Assembly (NCBI RefSeq): GCF_018977255.1
Contig: NW_024704743.1
Coordinates: 84,260,001-84,324,000 of the forward strand
Length of the DNA: 64,000 nt
Direction of reading: 5' to 3'
Source: Callorhinchus milii
Lineage: Eukaryota
The notes under the pieces were generated by a model. The model did no database searches. It was not told the DNA's origin and worked only from the letters and a program-made list of their open reading frames with translations. Below, in pieces: positions 1-11,943 of the stretch. The position numbers were made by a program, and so were the translations under genes. Position 1 is the stretch's first letter, and the number at the start of each line of letters is the position of its first letter.

Positions 1-702
1 GCATGGCGTGATCTTGAGCTGATGTGATATACTGATAAAATCTGGCAATGTTTTATTTTTTAAAATAATATGATAATTTCAGGGACAAAACAGTCAGGTG
101 TTAGCTCCCTCCAAGTTTAGGTAGACATAAAGATCCTGTGGCACAATTTGAAAAGACAGAAGTGTTGCCTCCAGATAAAATTGGTCACTGACTTCATGGC
201 TGTTTGTAAACAATTGCTAGGTGCAAACTGTCTGCCTACAAATAAACAGTCACTATACTGTAAGAAACTTTGAGACATTATAGGCATTATAGCAAATGCA
301 AGGATTATTTTATTTTTTCTAGGTGACTTAAAGTGACTAATAATTGTAATGTATGAATAAAGCAATGTTTCATATTTTGATGTTTGTGCAAATTCAGACA
401 GGGAACACATTGTGAAATGCCACACACTAATGACTTGATCCCATAAAATATAATTATCCTAAAAGTTTGTAATAAGTTAGTATTAATGTGAAATGTCAAT
501 ATTTACTTTGTAAAATTTCATCAGCTTAATTTTGCAAAGTCATTCATGTTAATCATTCAATGTCAGGTGTTATTTCTTCAAGCTGTTTCTTTTTCCAAAC
601 TTTGATGACTGTGTTAAGTGATACCCACCAGTTTCTAAATGCTGGATGGTCCAAAACATTCTTCCAGTGGCCTGGTGTGTAAAGCTATGGCATGTAAAGC
701 CA

Positions 703-1031
703 GTGGAGTCCTGTAGCTCAGTGGTTAGAGCACTCGCCTTGCAAACGAGACACCTGGGTTCAATTCCAGGCAGGGCGAAACCTTGGGCAGGTTTCCTTAC
801 TCCACACGCCTAATAATAATCCCTCCAAAAAAAAAACCAAAACAATAATAAATTGGTCATTTTCAATCTACGACTGTTTGTGGGACATTGCTTTGCGCAA
901 TTGGCTGCCGCGTTCGCCCACAAATATACAGTCAATTCACTTTACAGTGTGTTCTGTGAAGCGCTTTGGGACGTCCTCTCGACGTGAAAAGCGCTATATC
1001 AAATGCAAGGATTATTATTATTATTATTATT
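703..1031 (+). mobile_element. Young tRNA-derived SINE, full-length copy
   Basis: Head GTGGAGTCCTGTAGCTCAGTGGTTAGAGC (A box) ... GGTTCAATTCC (B box); body near-identical to copies at 10.6, 17.7, 21.1 and 43.6 kb; 3' AGCGCTTTGGGACGTC...GACGTGAAAAGCGCT stem-loop and (ATT)n tail. Confidence 0.95.
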
Positions 1032-1505
1032 TAGTGAAATCTCATTTATTTTAGCGAACAATACTACACAAAGTTAAAAGAGTGAAAATGACAACGTGTG
1101 AGGCATTTAATACCAACGGTGACATTATTGATAAATGCTGTCACAAAGGACAATAACTTTGACTTCCTCCCAATTCCATCACAATGTGTTTGAAGGCACT
1201 TTGTGTCCACCCTCTGACTCAATAGCCTGTTTGCTGGCTGAACTTTTTATTGCCATTAGTTACCAACATTGCTATTAGAACAACACACAATGCGCTTAAA
1301 CATAACTCATTGTTTGAAGTATATTGAGATGTTTTGAATTGATAAGGGCATTGTAACAAATGGAAGTGTTATACATGTGATAGAGTGTTTACTTGTTCTA
1401 GGGTACAATTTCACTGCCGTTGGCCACCCTCTTCTTTATTCGTCAGCTTAAATGGTGTGTGTGTTAGCAGGCTATTTGACTGTGGGGCATCAAAATTGAG
1501 CTGAC

Positions 1506-1759
1506 CTTGTTCTTGACATCCACACAAGTACACGTTTCAGCAGGGGACACTGCATAGTGGTGCAGGAACCCTGGTTCAGTTTTCCTTTCCCTCTGGATAC
1601 TGAGGCTCTGACTGGCATTCTCACTGAGATCAGCCAAATTCAGAAAAGTCAGAGTTGAAACCCAGAACCTTGATGCTCTGTATGGATCATTTTTCTGTTT
1701 GGCAATGTCTTTTCCAACTGAGCCATTGAAGGAACTCTGTGATAAGTTCCAAAGGATCT
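1506..1759 (-). CDS. Candidate coding exon of an unidentified gene (phase 1 to phase 0)
   Basis: Minus-strand acceptor TTTATATTTCAATAG and donor AAG|GTCAGC; one frame open for 84 codons (ILWNLSQ...CTCVDVKNK), other two frames have stops; non-repetitive; no homology recognised. Confidence 0.3.
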
Positions 1760-2547
1760 CTATTGAAATATAAATGTATACCAGTAGTGCTGATAAACTT
1801 CCATTGTGCCTGAACACTCTGAGAGTTGTTGCTACAAGCCTATCCATGTGTGTGGGTTAAACTGATCATATCATGGGTATCAATGGAAGAAACACTTTGT
1901 ATCCCACTTACAGTAACGACCACAAAAACTCACTAATGACATTTTGAGTCCAATTTCAACCCACGATTTAATCTGTTTTCAAAGGTAATTGTTTATAGTA
2001 ATCAAAATGTTAATAGCTTCCAGCCGTCTGATTATTTGATTACATTTTTAAGCTGATTATGAACACTAACAATTATACATTTTTGGGCCACCCTACTGTT
2101 TGCGTTATGTAGGCCTAATTTGCAACACCGGAAGAATTACCACAAAGTAAAAATTCACGGATAGTGCCATCTTATCTATATGCTAGGAAAAACAAAAATC
2201 TCATCAGCACATCCTACAGGATATGATATTCAAACATCCTCTATGATCCCCATGATTCTTCCATGTTTTCATAGCGTTTATGATAAGACCCTGCGAAATG
2301 AACGATAAATCCAGTAAGGTTTTTAAATTTGTTTTACGCTGCATGGGCGCTGCCAGTAGTTCCGAATGGGAAGTGGGAAGCCTGCTTTATATTCCCCGTT
2401 CCACATCATTTGAATTGTAAATTATGTATTTCTGCATTCTATTTGAAAGAGGCAGGAATTTCTCCCAGTACCCTGGCCAATAATCTCCCAGAAATATCGA
2501 TCATTTACTGCATTGCTGTGCATAAATTAGCTACCACTACACCATAC

Positions 2548-2933
2548 ATAATAATAATCTTTGCTTTTGATATAGTACAATTCACATCAGGAGTTTGTCT
2601 CAAAAAACTTCATGGGATTTACTGTCAAGTGACTGTATTTTGCAGGTGAATGCAGCAGCCAATTTGCAAACAGCAATGAAGCAGCCTTGAAGTGAATAAC
2701 CAATATTACCTGGAAGATTGTGGCCAGGACACTGGGAGAAACTCTTGCCTCTTTTTGAATAGTGCCATGGGATCTTTGATGTCTGCCTAAACAGACATAA
2801 ACAGGATTACACGTCCAACATTGCAGGGTTCCCCCAGCACTATTTTGGAGTGTCAGCCTAAATTGTGACTTCTGATGTGGAAGTACTCATGTGACCTTCT
2901 GACTCAAAGGCAAGAGTGCTATCAATTGAGCCA
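2548..2933 (-). mobile_element. Old Deu-domain SINE (SacSINE1-like), near full length
   Basis: Reverse complement reads GGCTCAATTGATAGCACTCTTGCCTTTGAGTCAGAAGG head, AGGCTGACACTCCA, GATCCCATGGCACTATTCAAAAAGAGG...GTGTCCTGGCCA core and (ATT)n tail. Confidence 0.8.
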
Positions 2934-4049
2934 AATTGCCACCTGTGAGGTATTCTGTGAGGTACCTTGAAATATTTTGATGCAATAAACCACTTTTAGA
3001 AGGATAGTTATTATTATTATTATACATGTGCATACCTTGGTGTAAGCACAGAAAACAAAAGCAGGGCTTTACTTTTAGTGTTATTATAGAGCCAATCGCA
3101 TGATCAGATCTTTAATAACAATTAATAAAATGCCTTATTTAATTTCTTGAACAACTTACTAATATACAGCTCACAGGAAGGAAGTCAAAAAAGAAAGTGA
3201 GAAACAGACAAAAATAAAATCTGAGCAAACTTAATTGAATTGGTACTCCAACATCCTGAGTGTGTTACGGTTACACCATAAGGTTCTACTTGAGGTATTG
3301 GTGAGAAGTTAGCTACCTCAGTACACTAATGGCAAGTAACATTGTGCGTTGCAAACTTGGTTTACTTCATATCTAAAGAGAACACATAATTTGTATGGCC
3401 ATTGGCATACTAAGAATTATCCAGTTAATCCCCTTGCACTCCTCGCGCACCCCACCACCCCACCACAATGATGCTGGTGCTCTTACAGAGTACCTGTGAA
3501 CCCCTAGTCGGTTTAGACAAATAGGCTGACTGGGTTTCTGCTTGCTAAAAAAAAACTGACCTCCGTGTCATCAAGTTGCTGCCACGATCATTTCCTATCT
3601 ACTGTGAATGTGTACTATACTCAGGAAGCTTCATTCTTTACCGGGTAAGACAGGATTGAATTTTGTGATCCCAGACACTTTATAACAGCAGTCTGCTGTA
3701 CCTGGGAGACTTGTACTGATCTGTTTCAGTTCCACATGTATTGACCCGAGCCGTCTGAACTCTAACCCTGTTCATCTGGATTGTTGCCGTAGGGAAGAGT
3801 ATAAGGAACATCTTAGAGTAACTTGAATCTTTTAGATTTACATTACTTTACAATTTTGTCTTATCAAGGTGAGTGCTGACCATGGGATCTAGTTTTGGAT
3901 CTTCACTAATTGATTTGTAAATAGAGCATCCTGCAAGTGTCCCGATGTGTCTGAGGCTGACTCTCCAGAACTCTGTTTGGGTGACAATCTCCATTGATTT
4001 ACTGAATCAATTAAGGAGCCTCCTTTGGATTCAACCCAGCCTTACACAA

Positions 4050-4165
4050 GTTACATAGAGTGACACAAGAACAGGCCATTTAGCCCAACCAGTCCACAGA
4101 AGTTTTTATACTCCACATGAGTCCCCAACTGTTCCATTCCTCTCACCTATACCTCTCTATTCCAT
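4050..4165 (-). mobile_element. CR1 LINE 3' tail remnant
   Basis: CAGGCCATTTAGCCCAAC...CTCCACATGAG resembles the reverse complement of the CR1 tail near 61610-61670; similar remnants at ~24460-24570 and ~34700-34830. Confidence 0.55.
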
Positions 4166-5429
4166 AGAAACCAAGGTTGAAATCTAAGCCAAGGTCCAGA
4201 AGAGTGGCTTCAGACAAATCCAAGTATCTGCAAGATTCACTATTTAAAATCAATCTCCAAACACTCATTGCAGGAGCATGAATAGACCCGGAAACACCAT
4301 TTGCAGGAGAATAGAGAACATCCCTACTTTAGGCACAGAGTATCATCAAGCATTCATACATCAGTTAAAATGCAGGCCAGGCACAGATTAAATTCTCTCT
4401 AATCTGACTGAATAATATCCTTCAACATTAATCTGAGAATAGTGTCTCTGAGTGTACGAGGCTCAATTACCCATTTTCAATTATTAATTGTTGATTTATG
4501 AATAGTTTGTGCTATAGACAAGTGCTCATTAAATTTTTTACCCAGTCTTATTCTGTGTTTTGTCCTAAAGTTTACGATTGCAGTGTAGTGGAAATTTCCT
4601 AAATAAAATCTGAATTTGAAAACTGTTTTTTTTTATATCCTGAAAAAAATAGTTTACAGATTAAAGCAGAATTCAAACATTTTCCACAATTCCACAGAAT
4701 CTAAAATTTTAAGACAAAACATTCTTGTAGGTCAAGACTAGGTGAAATTTCAAATCTCAGATGCAGTTGATGACATGTTTTGTTTTTAGTGAGTGAGAAT
4801 TAAGTCTGTTCTTAAATCTTCAGCGAGGCTGAGTAAAACTATTTTCCCAAAGTGGGAGGGGAAGGGGGAAGGTTCAACCCCAAATCTGTCATTAAGGTCA
4901 TTAAGGGCAGGTTTTAAGAATATTCTTCAACTGAGTATTTTTCCCTTTGATAATCAAGTTACACATTTATTTTTTCACTTCATGTGGGACAATGCTGTGC
5001 ACAAATTCAACTGCCGCATTCGCTTACACTTTAGAGTATATCCTGTGAAGCACTTTGAGACAGCCTACCGACATGAAAGGCGTTGTATCAAATGCAAGGA
5101 TTATTATTATTACTTTTCTCTCCTAAAGCAGCTTCCTAACAGCTATGGCAGCGCATACATTTCCAATCAGTATGCTGGGCTGCATTCAGAGCCAAGTCTC
5201 AGAGGTGATGGGCTCCTCGAAGATATCTTGCGATGGGTTAGCTTACATGAGATCTCAGAAAAGTATAATCAAATCAAAAACAACTAAAATAACTTTGATT
5301 TTACAACTCATGCAGCATTAACCTCAGCTGTTTTTTGTTTTACAAAAATACATATTCATAGTAGCATCTAAATTTTTATTAATATACACCACAAATATTT
5401 TATCACAAAATACAATGGATTTGTTCTAC

Positions 5430-5587
5430 CTGCATACATTTAACATGGTGCTGGCAGGAGCAAAAGACATCTACATGGCCTTCCCTTTCAGTTCTGGGCT
5501 TCCGAAGCTTTGCCTCAAACAGTTGATTTAAAGCCATGACTTCACCATCTGACTCAGTCCTTCCACCACTCTCATGAATATCAAGCA
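5430..5587 (-). CDS. Candidate coding exon of an unidentified gene (phase 1 to phase 0)
   Basis: Minus-strand acceptor CTTTCTGTTTTAATAG and donor CAG|GTAGAA; only one open frame, 52 codons (LDIHESGG...FCSCQHHVKCMQ); unique sequence; no homology recognised. Confidence 0.35.
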
Positions 5588-6464
5588 CTATTAAAACAGA
5601 AAGGCAGTTGCGGGCTTTAAGATTTTCTTGAAGAAGAAAAACAATGAATGTGACAGACTGTACAATTGGATCCTATAACCTCCCCCACCCCAGCCGAGCC
5701 CTCCTAAACACTGTGAATAATATTCATGCTGATGTTGTAAACATGAACATTTAGGACAGAGATTTACAGAGTTCGCAGGTCAGTATTGACTTTTTATTAA
5801 AAATGATCTTAGAAAACTCATAGCCCAAGGGTTAAACCCTTCAAATCGGCATTTGATCAGCTATGTACTTTTCCTGAACATTAAACTATGATTAACATTG
5901 ATTAAGATGTGCTTCATAGATTATTGGATATTATCCGGTGATTAAGATGTAAAGAATTAAGTCAATAATTTTCTAATCTGAAATCCCAGATAATTTGGTT
6001 TTTGTTTACTAAGGTATGTTTTATAGTCAAGGCAGACAAATGATTAGTTTTCAAAAGAGTCTGGGGATTAAATGTATGAAATGGGTTTAGCAATTTAAGA
6101 TTACTGCAAAGGGAAAGATAAGGCTGCAGACACTTGCCTTCATAGAGGAATAAGGAATGTTGGTAGATTACATTTTTATAAGCAATATTTAACTCTTTAC
6201 ATTAAACCACATGCACATGTTTTAGATTTACTTTCATGATAGTTTTTCTCCAGGTCAAACAAAATAAACCATTAGCGTTTGTCAAGATTTCACAAATTTC
6301 ATCCCAGGAGCCAGGGAGTTTGTTTTTAAATGTCCTTATCCCCCTCCCAATACCTCCCTCCTCGTACCTACTCCCTCATACCCCACCCTCCCACCCACCA
6401 TCGCCAAGAGCAAAAGTGACGAAAGAAGAGTCCCCTCTTTTTATAGTTCTCATGCTCAATGTCA

Positions 6465-6757
6465 TCACTCTATCCACCCCACCATCAGTGGATGAGTTTT
6501 CAGCTATTCTGCTCCCACCCTCTGGAACTCCATCCCAGAGTCTCTCTGACTCACACATTCCCTCCCTCTTCACTTTCAAGCTCACTTCAAGACTTACCTC
6601 TTTGACTGTGTTTTCGGTCATCTTCCACCCCCCCCTCCACCCCATCCTCTTCAGCTCCGTGCCCCCTCTACCCCTCCCAGCCCCGTTCAGGTGCCTAACC
6701 AGTGGTGTAAAGCGTTTTGAGATGCAAAAAGCACCATATTAATACAATTTGTATTGA
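6465..6757 (+). mobile_element. L2 LINE 3' end fragment, decayed
   Basis: CCCACCCTCTGGAACTCCATCCC...TTCAAG...CTCTTTGACTGTG matches the reverse complement of the L2 copies at 18.7 and 54.1 kb; ends in a decayed AAGCGTTTTGAG tail. Confidence 0.7.
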
Positions 6758-6975
6758 ACTATTATAAATACACCTTGCTGCATTCAATTCATTTGTTAGC
6801 TTGACCAAACCAGAAGAGATTGTTTGCCACAACTGCGACAAGACACAACCTTTAAATTGTTTGTGTTTTTTGGGGTAAAAAATAAGATTCATGTTTCTTG
6901 CTTTTAGGAGATTATTTGTGTTCAATGTTCGAGATTTCAATTGTACTTCTTGAATGCCACTCATTCCTTTGTTGA

Positions 6976-7275
6976 TAATAATAACCTTTACATTTTGGTA
7001 TAGCGCCTTTTGCATCAGGAGGCCATCCCAAAGTGCTTCACAGATATACTGTAAAGTGAACGCAGCTGTAAATTTGCATACAGCAATGTCCCACAAACAG
7101 ACTTGAAGTGAATGATCGATTTTTAATTGGGGATAACACTTCCTTCTCTTTTCAAATAGTACTATGAGATCTGAACAGGCAGATGGGGCCTTGCTTTATT
7201 GTCGCATTAGAAGGATGGCACCTCCAACAATGCAGTAGACAACCAGCATGCATTGGAGTGTCAACCTAGATAATA
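6976..7275 (-). mobile_element. Old Deu-domain SINE
   Basis: (AAT)n tail, GCAATGTCCCACAAACAG, GGCACCTCCAACAATGCAG, TGGAGTGTCAACCTAGA. Confidence 0.75.
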
Positions 7276-7334
7276 TGGACTTTATCTGTAATGTAAAAGT
7301 AATCAGGTAATTTCTACCACACTCCTGATCTTGT

Positions 7335-7560
7335 CATTTGGATCTTATTTTTTTGGTCAGCTGGGTGTCTGACACATTACATGCTTATGAGTTTCTGAAC
7401 AAGACTGAGAGTTCCGCATGCGTCTGGAACCTACACATGGAAATTTCCCTGTGTCTGGAATGAAATATACAATCTCTCATTGGAGGGATGTGCCCTAACC
7501 CAATTCCAGAGATTATGAGGCACAGACTGGCAATAGCAAAGGCTTGGGGACCCCAGAGAT
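7335..7560 (-). repeat. Unclassified interspersed repeat, copy 1 of 3
   Basis: Reverse complement aligns by eye to 20825-21076 and 30321-30575 (TTCCAGAC.CAG.GAAATTTCCATGTGTAGG; TGTCAGACAYCC.GCTGACCAAAAA). Confidence 0.7.
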
Positions 7561-9766
7561 ACACAGCTCCCTAACTTGGTTTAGATTTTAGAATCCTGGA
7601 AAGCAGCATGACTGTGTTGAAATTACAATAATAACAATGACTTGCACTTATGTAGTGCTCTCCATGCAGTGTGTCATCTCAGAGCGCTTAACAGTGGAGG
7701 AGCCTGACTCCGAGCCTAGGGGGCGGGGGTGAGATGGCCATAAGCACGGTCGAAGAGGAGTAGCCATCACCAGTGTGACCATGACTCGAGACGTTGCAAC
7801 GCGTGAAGAGAGAAATATAATTGCAAGTTGTTGTTGAAGTACATACTACCTTAGAAAATGCACCATTTTTAAACCAAAGATGAAATTATATAAGTTCTCA
7901 GCGTGAAATTAGATGTGCCTGTTTCCTCTTCTTGATGTGCACAATTGGCAGCACAAGGCATGAAACCAACTGAGTTGGGCTGAAAAGAATCACATGCAGC
8001 TCATGAGGTAAATGGGCAGTGAATAACTATTCGGTAGGCTGTAATGCATGTCTGAAACATAGCAAGATACCTGGTTATGGTGGAGGGTTCTCCTAACGTC
8101 TCCCTATGTTTTTTTGGTAATGACCTTAAATTTATGCCCTCCAGTTATCAATTCACTAACCAGTCGGAATACGTTTTTGTTTGTTTGACTCCATACAACA
8201 AGTGAGTAACTATTCACAATGCCATTCTTTTCCCAATATTTGGAAAACCTGGGCATCCACATTTCTGCTTAAATGAAGCAAAAAGCCTGAGAGTTCTTAT
8301 TGAAGAAGCTCTCAAACCCTGATTGCAGATTGCAAAAATGCTTAACACTGCATCAAATAATGAGGCACTGGGTTAAACTGCAATGTGTGTATATCTTCAG
8401 GAGCTCCTATCTTATCTTACAAATCTTATCCAAAGTTGTATCTAGTTATCTTGAACAAAGATCTTCTATCTTGCTATCTTTTTAGATATACAGTCTATTT
8501 AGGGTTATCCATTGTCCACGTATCCACTTTCTGTGTAATTATTTACTGACTTTATGATTTTTACTTATAACGGTCCTTCCATATTAGGAGAACAAAAATA
8601 TCTCCACTGAGGGTGAAATAATTACTGTTAGAAATAAATGAGAGTTTGGTACAATATCATGTTTCTGAATACAACAGAACTGGAACATTTATTATGTTAA
8701 GTGTAATTCAACAACTTGGATTTATTCACAGCCCATGTAATATTTATCACACCTAATGGACCAGAGGTTGATACCCCAATGGTGAAGTCAGAAAAGCCAC
8801 AGCATTGAACTTCCAGCCATCAACTGGTGGTCAGCGAGATACTATTTTTGAGTTTTTACTTACTAAAAAGATGTTTTTCTGCTAAGCGGCAGTTAAAGGC
8901 TTCAGAATCAATTCTTTGGAGTTCAAATTTGAAACGAATATTGGGAAACCTCCACTAACCCACTCAATGTGAAACCTGGACCACAAATTTCACCCAAAAA
9001 TTAGGAAAATTGGAAGCTCTAAACTATTGATAAGTATCTACTAGAGTAGAAATGTTCTTGGTGTTCTTTGTGCAACTGATGTTAGGTATAATTTATAAGA
9101 CAATATTGCTGCAGTCTTATTGCACAAGACAATATTTGTTGTGTATCGAAATAAGAGACCTTATAGATGTCTGACAGGCCTAAAAACCCAGGAATAGTAG
9201 CAGGAGTTTCAGGAACATTATGTAAAGTGTTCTTAGGGTTTGGTATTATAAAGAATGAAACGGATCATGGAGAGTATTCAGTGAGAGGTTAGAGCTATTG
9301 AAAGTGAAAGCCAGAGATCTGTATTGACAACTTGACTTGGAAAGTCGCCTTTGGATATTGGAATGCCTGACTGAGAGAGTGCTTGGATGATTTAACTGAT
9401 GTATCTTCAAATGGGTGGCATGGGTTGAAAGCGTGTGGAGGGTGATTGGCTGATTAATGATCCAGGACCATGAAACTTGTTTGGGGACATTTGGCCACAA
9501 CCAAAGCGATTTCACACAGATTGAGCAAGACACGGGCTACTAAATATTTCACTGATTGACTAGAATTGCAAAATGCGTGCTTTTAAATATAACTGCAATG
9601 ATGAATTTCTGGCACATAGGTAACTGATTGACTAATTGGCTGACCAACAAGTACTGCGATTGTGCAAGATATTTCTTCCACCAACTGACTAGAACTAAGA
9701 AAACTAAGGGTGTCTAAAAGAAAGCTTTCACAAACCCCAGAGGTCATTGTGCTAAATGGGGCTATT

Positions 9767-10035
9767 AACAACAACAACAAGATTACGCATGTGTAGCGCC
9801 TTTCACGTCGGGAGCACGTCCCAAGGCGCTGGACAGTGTACAGCATTTCAGACCCGAGCTAGGGTCAGGGGGGGAAAAGGAAAGGGAGGGGAAGGGAGGT
9901 GACCGATGGCATGGTCGAAGCGGAGGTTCTTGAGGCTGGACTTGAAGGAGGCTAAGGAGGGGATGAGGCGGAGTGATTGAGGGACGGAATTCCAGAGGTT
10001 GGGGACAGAGTGGCTGAAGGCTCTCCCGCCAATGG
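9767..10035 (-). mobile_element. L2 LINE 3' end, 5'-truncated
   Basis: (AAC)n tail then GCGCCTTTCACGTCGGGAGCACGTCCCAAGGCGCTGGACAG, the same tail as the L2 at 53866. Confidence 0.85.
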
Positions 10036-10118
10036 GTTACATTTACTGAAATTCCAAAATGCCCTAACAAATTTGCTAAAAAATATTGTGTGCAACACTA
10101 GGAAAGTTGTTCTGTCCA

Positions 10119-10287
10119 GCCTTCAGCTCCCCTCTCGACTCTCTACCCTCTCCTCACTCCCTCCCTTCCCTCCCCTCACCCTGACCATTTCCCCCCTGCT
10201 CGGGTCCTGACCCAACTGTCCAGCGCCTTGGGACGTCCTCCCGACGTGAAAGGTGCTCTATAAATGGAATCTTGTTGTTGTTGTTGT
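10119..10287 (+). mobile_element. Young L2 LINE 3' end (~170 bp)
   Basis: Near-identical to 45570-45748; CCAGCGCCTTGGGACGTCCTCCCGACGTGAAAGG stem-loop and (GTT)n tail. Confidence 0.9.
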
Positions 10288-10623
10288 CACCAGAAGTTTG
10301 CTTTCCAACCTTTTGTTGGACTTTTTGAGTCTTTTCTTGGCTGCAAGTGCTGCATTTTATAGCCCAGTGGCTAACATTGTTTTATTGTATTGGTAGAACA
10401 GGCACTTTGGCTGCTCCATATCTTTGACTAAGCATTCTAGGATGCTACCCTGTGTGAGGGACGCTATATAAATGCAAGTTGTTGTTGTTTTTGACTAACC
10501 TTAATTGGGATTATGGATATCGGGTTTTTCTGATTATTTCTATTAGTATCTATTCTGTTTGGCTGGCTAGTGTTGATGCTTGTATTACTTATATAAGAGG
10601 TGGGATGTGGTGGACAGATATGT

Positions 10624-10933
10624 TAATAATAATAATAATAATAATCCTTGCATTTGATATAGCGCTTTTCACGTCGGAAGGACGTCCCAAAGCGCTTCAC
10701 AGAACACACTGTAAAGTGAATTGACTGTATATTTGTGGGCGAACGCGGCAGCCAATTGCGCACAGCAATGTCCCACAAACAATCGTAGATTGAAAATGAC
10801 CAATTTTATTATTGTTTTTGGTTTTGGAGGGATTATTATTAGGCGTGTGGAGTAAGGAAACTTGCCCAAGGTTTCGCCCTGCCTGGAATTGAACTCAGGT
10901 CTCTCGCTTGCAAAGCGAGTGCTCTAACCACTG
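10624..10933 (-). mobile_element. Young tRNA-derived SINE, lacking ~15 nt of the head
   Basis: Reverse complement of the 703-1031 family, from the (AAT)n tail to GCTCTAACCACTGA. Confidence 0.95.
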
Positions 10934-11943
10934 AAGTGTCTGCTTGGCTGAGTTGATAGTATTCTTGACTTTAAGTCAAAAATTTGTGGATTGAAGCCTC
11001 AAGTCAGGACAATGAACCGATAGTCTATGCTGACATTCCAATGCAGTGCTGAGAGAGTACAACAACAATTTTCAGGTACGCAGCATCCTTCATGTTGGGT
11101 AGCATTTTGGAATATAGTCATGATGGGCAGACCGGCCTCCTTCTGTGCTGTAAAATTCCACTGGATTCTAGGTGATTGTGTGTATCTCTGAATAATTGGT
11201 ATGACTGGGAATATTTGGCTGAATATCCAGCTGGAGTTCTGGGTAGCAGCATTGACCACACAAAGTGAAAATGGGAATTCTCCATTATAATCGCATATCA
11301 CTAAAGTCGTTACACATTACAGTGAGCAGAATTTTAGCCCTATGACTTGCTGGTTTCTGAATGAGTGGCCTGGACTGAGAGCACAGTGGATAGGTTTTTC
11401 ATTGATAAACAAGGAGTGCTGGTGGGTATTCCAGTGACTGAATGGCAAGGACTAGGAGTGTGACTGCTTGTTTTATGACTGACCGATCAAAATCGGAAGC
11501 ATGACTGGTAGGAGTACAACTAACTGACCAGGACTGGGATAAGTGCTACAGCTGACTAAATGTGCTTATAAGTGTGGTTAGTGGGAGTATGAATCTTAGA
11601 CTTGTAAAGATAATGTAAGTGGTAGCACTTTAATTTGAATGGGTTTACGTTTCTAGGTCAATGGTCTCTTTTCTACGGTTTTATGGTTTGTGTCTGGTAA
11701 ACCTTGTTTGTAAACCAGATACAAACTAAAATAGGTCATTCACTTCATTTCTGTCTGTGGGGCATTGCTGTGCGTAAACTGCCTACTGCGTTTGCCTACA
11801 AAATGCACAGTCACTATACTTCACAGCATGTCCTATGAAATGCTTTGAAGTCTTTCAGGTCTCAGAGATGAAGGACTCCTCGGAGGTATCTGGATATGCA
11901 TTAGCCTGCATGAGATCTCAGACAAGTACAATCAAACTATCAA

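Noticed and set aside
705..780. tRNA-Ala(TGC) gene (also at 21.1 and 43.9 kb)
   Set aside because: No clean acceptor stem or T-run terminator; always fused to the same SINE body and (ATT)n tail, so it is a SINE head
2080..2098. Tc1/hAT-like terminus TTTTTGGGCCACCCTACTG
   Set aside because: No matching partner terminus found nearby, so an element cannot be delimited
7850..7979. Minus-strand exon-like segment (TTCTTTTCAG ... AAG|GTAGTA)
   Set aside because: Stops in all three frames and a weak donor; cannot be supported as coding
10669..10869. Repeated 66-aa ORF MGKFPYSTRL... (also 21159-21359) as a small multigene family
   Set aside because: Chance reading frame of the SINE consensus with a non-ATG start, disrupted in other copies
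11340..11600. Recurrent GACTGAC/GACTGG motifs as a CRISPR-like or structured array (also ~9550-9700)
   Set aside because: No fixed repeat length or spacer periodicity; best read as a decayed minisatellite; eukaryotic context and no cas genes
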